From NCBI RefSeq assembly GCF_009914755.1, contig NC_060929.1: 64,000 bases of DNA, one strand, 5' to 3'. Below are positions 57,271 to 64,000 of this stretch, piece by piece. Every line of letters starts with the position of its first letter. Position 1 is the first letter of the stretch. The position numbers and the translations under genes were made by a program. This DNA is from the human T2T-CHM13v2.0 reference genome, Homo sapiens. The notes beneath the pieces are model-generated. The model did no database searches. It was not told the DNA's origin and saw only the letters and a list, made by a program, of their open reading frames with translations.

Positions 57271-60200
57271 CTGTGATGTAGCAGGTGACCTGCCTGTTCT
57301 GCTCAGAAATGTCAGCATCCAGGGTCTTTAGAGTCGCCACCAGTTCGCCAGGCTCACTGTTCTCAACCACAGATCCTCTGTACTCTTCAGAAGCAAATCG
57401 GGGAGCATTGTCATTCTCATCTGTAATGGAGACCTGAACCAGGGCCTGAGAGGATAGCTGGATGGTCTGTCCGTGGTCATAGGCCACCACATGAAAATGA
57501 TAAGTCTGGCAGGTCTCACAGTCAAGTTCCTGGAGTGTGGTGATCCAACCACTCTCACTGTCAATGGCAAAGAGCTCATGGACATTGCTACCAGGGTCTG
57601 CAGACAGCCTGTAGCTCACCTGGCCATCTCTCCCAGTGTCCTTGTCAATGGCAGTCACTTGAATGACTGAGGTCCCCACTGGCATATTCTCAGTGAGGAC
57701 AGCCTTATATGGATCAGCCTCAAATACAGGCCTATTGTCATTGACGTCTCCCACTTGGATGTTGACAGAGACCAAGGACACCACATCAGTGTTCTGAAGG
57801 CAATGTGCCATCACATCAATCTGGTACAATTTGGTGGATTCGTGGTCCATGGGCTTCCTCACCTTTATGACCCCTGTGTCTGGGTCTAGGGAGAAGACAC
57901 CATCCTTGTTGCTCTCAGGTGTAGTGCCCCGCACTAGACTGTAGATGACTGGATCTTGAGCTGCCACTGCTTTAACAATCCCAATTTCAGACCCCTCTGG
58001 AAGGTCTTCAGGTGCAGAGAAAGTATACAAAGGTTCAGAAAATTTCGGTAAGGATACTTTTTTAGGAACCACCTGAAGTCGTACTGGCACCAGAGAGTTC
58101 CAGTGAGGAGGGCCTCCATCTTGGGCTTTGATGAAGAAGTCAAGGGTCTGATTTTCCAATCCCACCAGGCTGTCTTTCACCTTGACCACACCAGTGACTG
58201 GGTTAATTTCAATGACATCTTTAACTAGGTCCTCTGGGTTCACTGAGTAGGTGACATCTGCGTTCTGACCTTCATCTGCATCATAGGCCAACACCTGGAT
58301 AACCGGAGAGTCTTTACTGACATTGGATTGAATGGATACTGTGTACTCAGATGCTTTGAACTGTGGGGGGTTGTCATTTTCATCTGTGAGGATGATCTTC
58401 ACCGTGCAGAAGGCTACTCTTCCTCCTCCATCCCGAGCCATGACCTTAATAGCAATGACTCTCTCTGTTGAATTTTCCCGATCCAGTTTCTGCAGAGTGG
58501 CAATCTGGCCATTGGGGTTTATGGAGAACTTCTCACTTGCTAGTTTATTGATGATAGTATAATCTATAGTGCCATAGGGACCACTATCTTTGTCTATGGC
58601 TAGCAAATCAATCACCTTGGTTCCAACCATTGCATTCTCTGCTAATTCTGCCTCATAAAGGTGCTGCTGGAACTCTGGGCTGTACTTGTTGGCATTTGTA
58701 GTGTTGATGTACACAGGCACAGTTGCTCGGAAGACTCCATCAGAAGCACCTACCCTCAAATTGTAAGAAGAGTCCAGGTGCTTTTTGCAAAGGTTGAACA
58801 TAGAAATTATTCCCGATGAGCTGTTAATGGAGAAGTGCCTGTCCTGATTGCCAGAAAGAATCAGGTACTCCAGGCGGGAGGTGTCTCTGCTGTCAGGGTC
58901 AATAGCCTGGACTTTAAGAACCAGGTGTCCACAGGTTGCCAGTTCACTGACATTGGCTTCATATTGAGGTTGTCTGAACTCTGGGGGGTTGTCATTGATA
59001 TCAGACACATTGACAACCACAAGGGTTTCACCAGTGAGTGGGGGATCTCCTTTATCCATGGCCCTGACTTTCACATGAAAGTGTTGTTGGGCTTCATAAT
59101 CCAGTTCTTGAACTGTGGACATCTCCCCTGTGCTCCCATTGATCTGGAAGAACTTGGAAACATCTGAGCCATCCTCCACAATCTGATAAGAGACGTCACG
59201 GTTCCGCCCTGAGTCCTGGTCAGAAGCCAACAGTTGGATCACAGGGGTCTGAGCAGGCAAGCCTTCTGAGATGGAAGTGGTATAGACCAATTGGGAAAAA
59301 GTGGGAGGGTTATCATTGACATCCTCCACTAGGACTTCCACTGTGGCTTCAGAAAATGACCCCAGAGCTGTATCCGTGGCTCTGACTGTGAACACATGTT
59401 TGGTCTTGGACTCATAGTCCAAAGGCCCTGTTACTGTTAGGACACCAGTCTTGAAGTCAGTGGTGAACAGCATCAAGGGTTCTTCCTCCACAATGTTGTA
59501 GATGAGCCGGAGTCCCTCTGGACTCCGGGCCTGGGTGTGGAGAATTGGGGTATAGAGGGTGATATTTTCAGGTACTCTGACTTTGTAATAAGGACTCTGA
59601 AACAGTGGGTTGGATTTATTTCTCACAGTGACAAGTACCTCTTCCTCACTCTGGAGGGATGGCGTTCCTCCATCCCGAGCAATGACTTTGAGGTGATATT
59701 TATTTAAAGCTTGATAATCAAAGGGTTTCTTGAGTGATATGTCCCCAAGATAGGGGTCAATTCGGAAATATGTGTAATCTTCTGCAAATTCATATGTAAC
59801 AGCCCCATTTGTCCCCAAGTCCTCATCAGTGGCAGATACCTGAAAGAGGACATCCCCTGGCTCTGTGCCATCTTGGATGATTGTGTAATAGGGCAGATGC
59901 TTAAATTTGGGGGGATTGTCATTGACATCCTCAATAGAGACTCTGACCAAACCCTGAGCCACCCGCTGAGGTGTCCGATTGTCCCTCACTTCCACTGCCA
60001 ACTCATGAGTGTCCTGCTGCTCCCGGTCAAACGCCACACCTCTTGTCTGCAACACACCTGCTGACTGGACCATATGAAACATATCTGTGCCATTCAAGAG
60101 AAAGTAGGAAAGGGTGTCATTCAAATGATTGCCCTGGGCACCAAGAATCACCAGTGCCTTTCTGTCCTGCAAGTTCTCCTTCACAGCTGCCCAGTAGACA

Positions 60201-61323
60201 TCCTGATCAAACTGCAAGCTTTTGTCAAGCACTTGGGTCAAAGAAATTTTTACCAGCGCAGTGTCTTGATACAAGCCATCAGAAGCCCTGATGGTGAGCT
60301 TCCGAGAGAGTCCCAGGAAAGCAGGATTCAGCACAGATATGCTACCAGTGACAGGATGGATGGTAACAGCTTCATCAGCATTGCCAGTTTTGATGCTATA
60401 ATTGACTTCTGAGTCTTCATCGCTGGCCCGCACCATGAGAAGCTCCATGCCTGGATGGATAGGCCCGACTATTGCTACCTCATATATCTGTTCTGAGAAT
60501 CTGGGAGGGGAATCATTCACATCTCTGACATGAATGATGACTTGGGCAGGTCTGGGTGCAAATAATACGGGGCTTCCTTGGTCATGGACATAGACACAGA
60601 ATTGGAAAGAGGGCATGCTCTCATAATCCATCTCTGATACAATGGTTAGGGTTCCCATGCTGGGATCAATTTTGAAAAACTTCAAGGCCTCCGGCTCCAA
60701 AATTTTATAGACCAACAAGGAATTAGCTTCTTTGTCACTGTCAGAGGCATGAATCACAAAGGGGTTGTTGTTTTTATCCATGATCATGCTATACAGTGGA
60801 GCTGCTTCACTAATTTGGCCCACAAAAGTTGACTTTAAGAACATAGGAGCATTGTCATTTTCATCAATTATGTCAACCACCACCATGACATCAGTAAATG
60901 CACCTGCCATATTGCTGCCTCGGATTTTCAGCTGGTAAGACGAGATTTTCTCATGGTCCAATTTCTTCTGGGTGGAAATAAGGCCAGAATATGAGTTCAT
61001 AGAGAAGACTCCATCCTTATTTCCCTCTCTTAACTCATAGGTAACTTCAGAGGGGCTCATAGCAGAGACAAGGAGGATTGGGGAACCAACAGGGATTGAT
61101 TCAGGGATCTCTACAAAGTACTCAGATTTTGAAAAGATGGGGGCACTCCTATCTGAGGGATAGACATGAATGATCACTGTAGCCAGGTCATGCCATTGTG
61201 GGGAGCCTTGATCTTCTGCCTTCACTGTCAGAGTATGTGGGGCATGATTTGCCTGATCAAGCTTTTGAGCTAGAGTAATGATGCCTAGCAGGGCATTGAT
61301 GTTGAAGAAACCTTCGCTGTTCC
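57271..61323 (-). CDS. FAT2: FAT2 giant internal exon (4053 nt, ~13 cadherin repeats)
   Basis: tctgtttcag|GG...ACAG|gtaag, phase 1-1; lies inside the 1414-aa ORF with repeated DxNDNxPxF, LDYE/LDRE and AxDxD motifs. Confidence 0.98.
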
Positions 61324-61709
61324 CTGAAACAGAAGACAAGACAAACAAGTTTGCCACACCCTCGACAGGTATCAGCTAGGCTTTCTAGATCAGTAAAGGG
61401 TCTATCACACAAAACCTGGACAGAGCAAAATCTGCATATAGTGTATACCCACCCTGGATATAGTGTATAGAGTAGATACTTTATAAAATCTCTAACATGG
61501 TGTGCATAGTAGGTGCTTCATATCACCATCAATTATCACTAAGTTTCTGGGACACAACTTAAGCTACAAACCAAAGCTATAGCAGGTCTTTGAAACCAAA
61601 AAAGGAGACTCCATAGGAAAACACACTCCACCCTGAATTTCAGTGATGCCTTTTGTAGGAAAAGCTTCAGTTTGCATCATACAGAATTTTTAACCATCTT
61701 TTGTATAAC

Positions 61710-61863
61710 TTTTTTTTTTTTTAGAGTCAGGGTCTTTCCTGTCACCCAGGCTGGAATGTAGTGATGTGAGCATGGCTCACTGCAGCCTCAAACTCCTGGG
61801 CTCAAGCGGTCCTCCAGCCTCAGCCTCTGGTGGGATTACAGGTGTGAGCCACCGTGCCTGGCT
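61710..61863 (-). mobile_element. Alu monomer (FLAM-like)
   Basis: Poly-T plus a single antisense arm. Confidence 0.85.
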
Positions 61864-63442
61864 ACATTTTTAATATAATTTTTAATAGCTTTGGTTATAT
61901 AGAACACCCATATCTCAAGGCTCCTGAGCAAATATCTTTGCCCCATGTGTGTATTTCCTAAACTCTAGGCATTCTCACATCACCTTTATAATTTTTTCAA
62001 TATCCATCCATTGCCTATGTTATGTTACACTATTATTTAATTGATGTTTTCCTTTAAATTAACTCACTCAAATTTTGATAAATATTTTTAAAGGTAACAT
62101 TATGTTGCTTCTTTAAATAAAAACACCATATTGCTTACCATAAATCAGAAGTTACCATAAAAAGAAGTCAAAGAAAAAATACCGTATTAAAATTGAGATA
62201 AAATCTACTGCTTGCCAAAAGGTCTGAGCCTGTGAGCTATCCTCTTTCTTTGGTAAACAAAGAGTGGCAGGTGTTAGAGAAGACTAAAAGACATTCTAGA
62301 ACCCAACAGAGGCTTTGTTCTTCATTCTATCAGGGAGCTTGAATAATTTAAAGAGGAGTGCTTTCTCCATGCCCAATAATCTTTTAATGCCATTAAATGA
62401 GTAATACTTGAATTGTTTTGCTCACCACCACAGATACAGGCCTTACACTTGAGAAAATACTGCACTTTACATGTCTTATTCCCTCTATCACGTGAGAGCA
62501 TATTTTATTATTTCAGTGGCAAGGCAAATGGCTAAGTTTTGTCATAAAACTTTCAATCTGATTCTTCCACCTTTGAAGCCCTTCTCCAGCTGACTGGTTA
62601 GGTGATTTGTCATATAACCGCTAAATTCAGTCAAAGAACATGGTTTTAATGAGTAGCCGTTTTAAAGTGATTCCATTAAAAGCAGCTAAGTCAACAACCT
62701 ACATGTGATTCCGATTATAATTTATTATATAATATCACACTGCTGAAAGAAAGAAATCAGGGCACAAAATTGTATATTCATTATGATCTCAATATTACAA
62801 AAATATGCATAGGGGAAGATAAGAGGGAAAGACAGAAAATCATTCTTTTGGGGTGATGAAAATGATGGTTATGTGTTGTGTTCTTTATACATTCCTGTAT
62901 TTTTCGTGTTTTCAAAAATGAGCATGTGTTACTTCTATAATCAGAAGAATATTTTAAAACTAATCTAATCTGGAAAATAAAGTCATTATCTCCATCAATG
63001 AGGTTGTCAATGAGATAAAAGATGTGATTTCATTTCATAAATCACAAAAAGCAAGCAATGCATTATAATCCATATTCTTCTTCAGCGGTGAATAGACTTC
63101 TGTTATATGGCAACTGTTTCTTCCAAAAAGAAAAGGTAAAGCTACTGGCTTTATACAGTACCAGTAGCTACTGTATAAGCTACTGACATGCAATAAATGA
63201 ACATTAGGTCTTGTGAGGGCAGACAGCAAATTATTTTCTTCTTGGTTTCTCATAGCAACTAGCTCTATGAAGTATTATTATTAAATATAATTATTACTAT
63301 TAAATATCATTAATTATGTATTATAATTATTACAAATTATCATTAATAATTAGTTGGATACTGGATATTATCGCTTTTGTTATAGTAATTGCTTATAATT
63401 AACACTTATCAATGATAGTAATAGCCCCTGGCATTTGTATAA

Positions 63443-63818
<376 letters not shown>

Positions 63819-64000
63819 TTATTCCCGTTTTTGAGATGAAGAAACCCATAAAATAGATAAACCCATAAAATAGATACTAAATCACTGTGGAGCCTTATCA
63901 GAAAATAAAACTTACTTCTAAAACTATGCCATACACTTCATAAAGTGTTCTAAGATACATGCATGAAGTTATTACATTTTTAAATGTTGCATGGACTTCA

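Overview
Human-type (primate) genomic DNA from the SLC36A1/FAT2 locus, which I recognise as 5q33.1. The + strand holds the end of the last intron, the terminal coding exon (2961-3232) and the ~4.1 kb 3'UTR of SLC36A1 (PAT1). The - strand holds the 3' two-thirds of FAT2 as 15 coding exons, from a 4053-bp cadherin exon (57271-61323) to the stop at 20543, plus a ~1.5 kb 3'UTR. All splice junctions are GT-AG and phase-consistent. The genes converge across an ~11.7 kb repeat-rich gap, and the remainder is ordinary Alu/L1/L2/MIR/LTR/DNA-transposon sequence. I find no new gene system, and most ORF-track entries are spurious. The most notable local features are: (1) a perfect 241-bp templated duplication that overwrote most of an Alu; (2) an apparent L1-retroposed, polyadenylated LTR 3' end; (3) a frame-shifting FAT2 exon bracketed by long CU tracts; (4) WIRS-like and three PPxY motifs in the FAT2 tail. 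Repeat subfamily names are from recognition of consensus-like text, not from a search.
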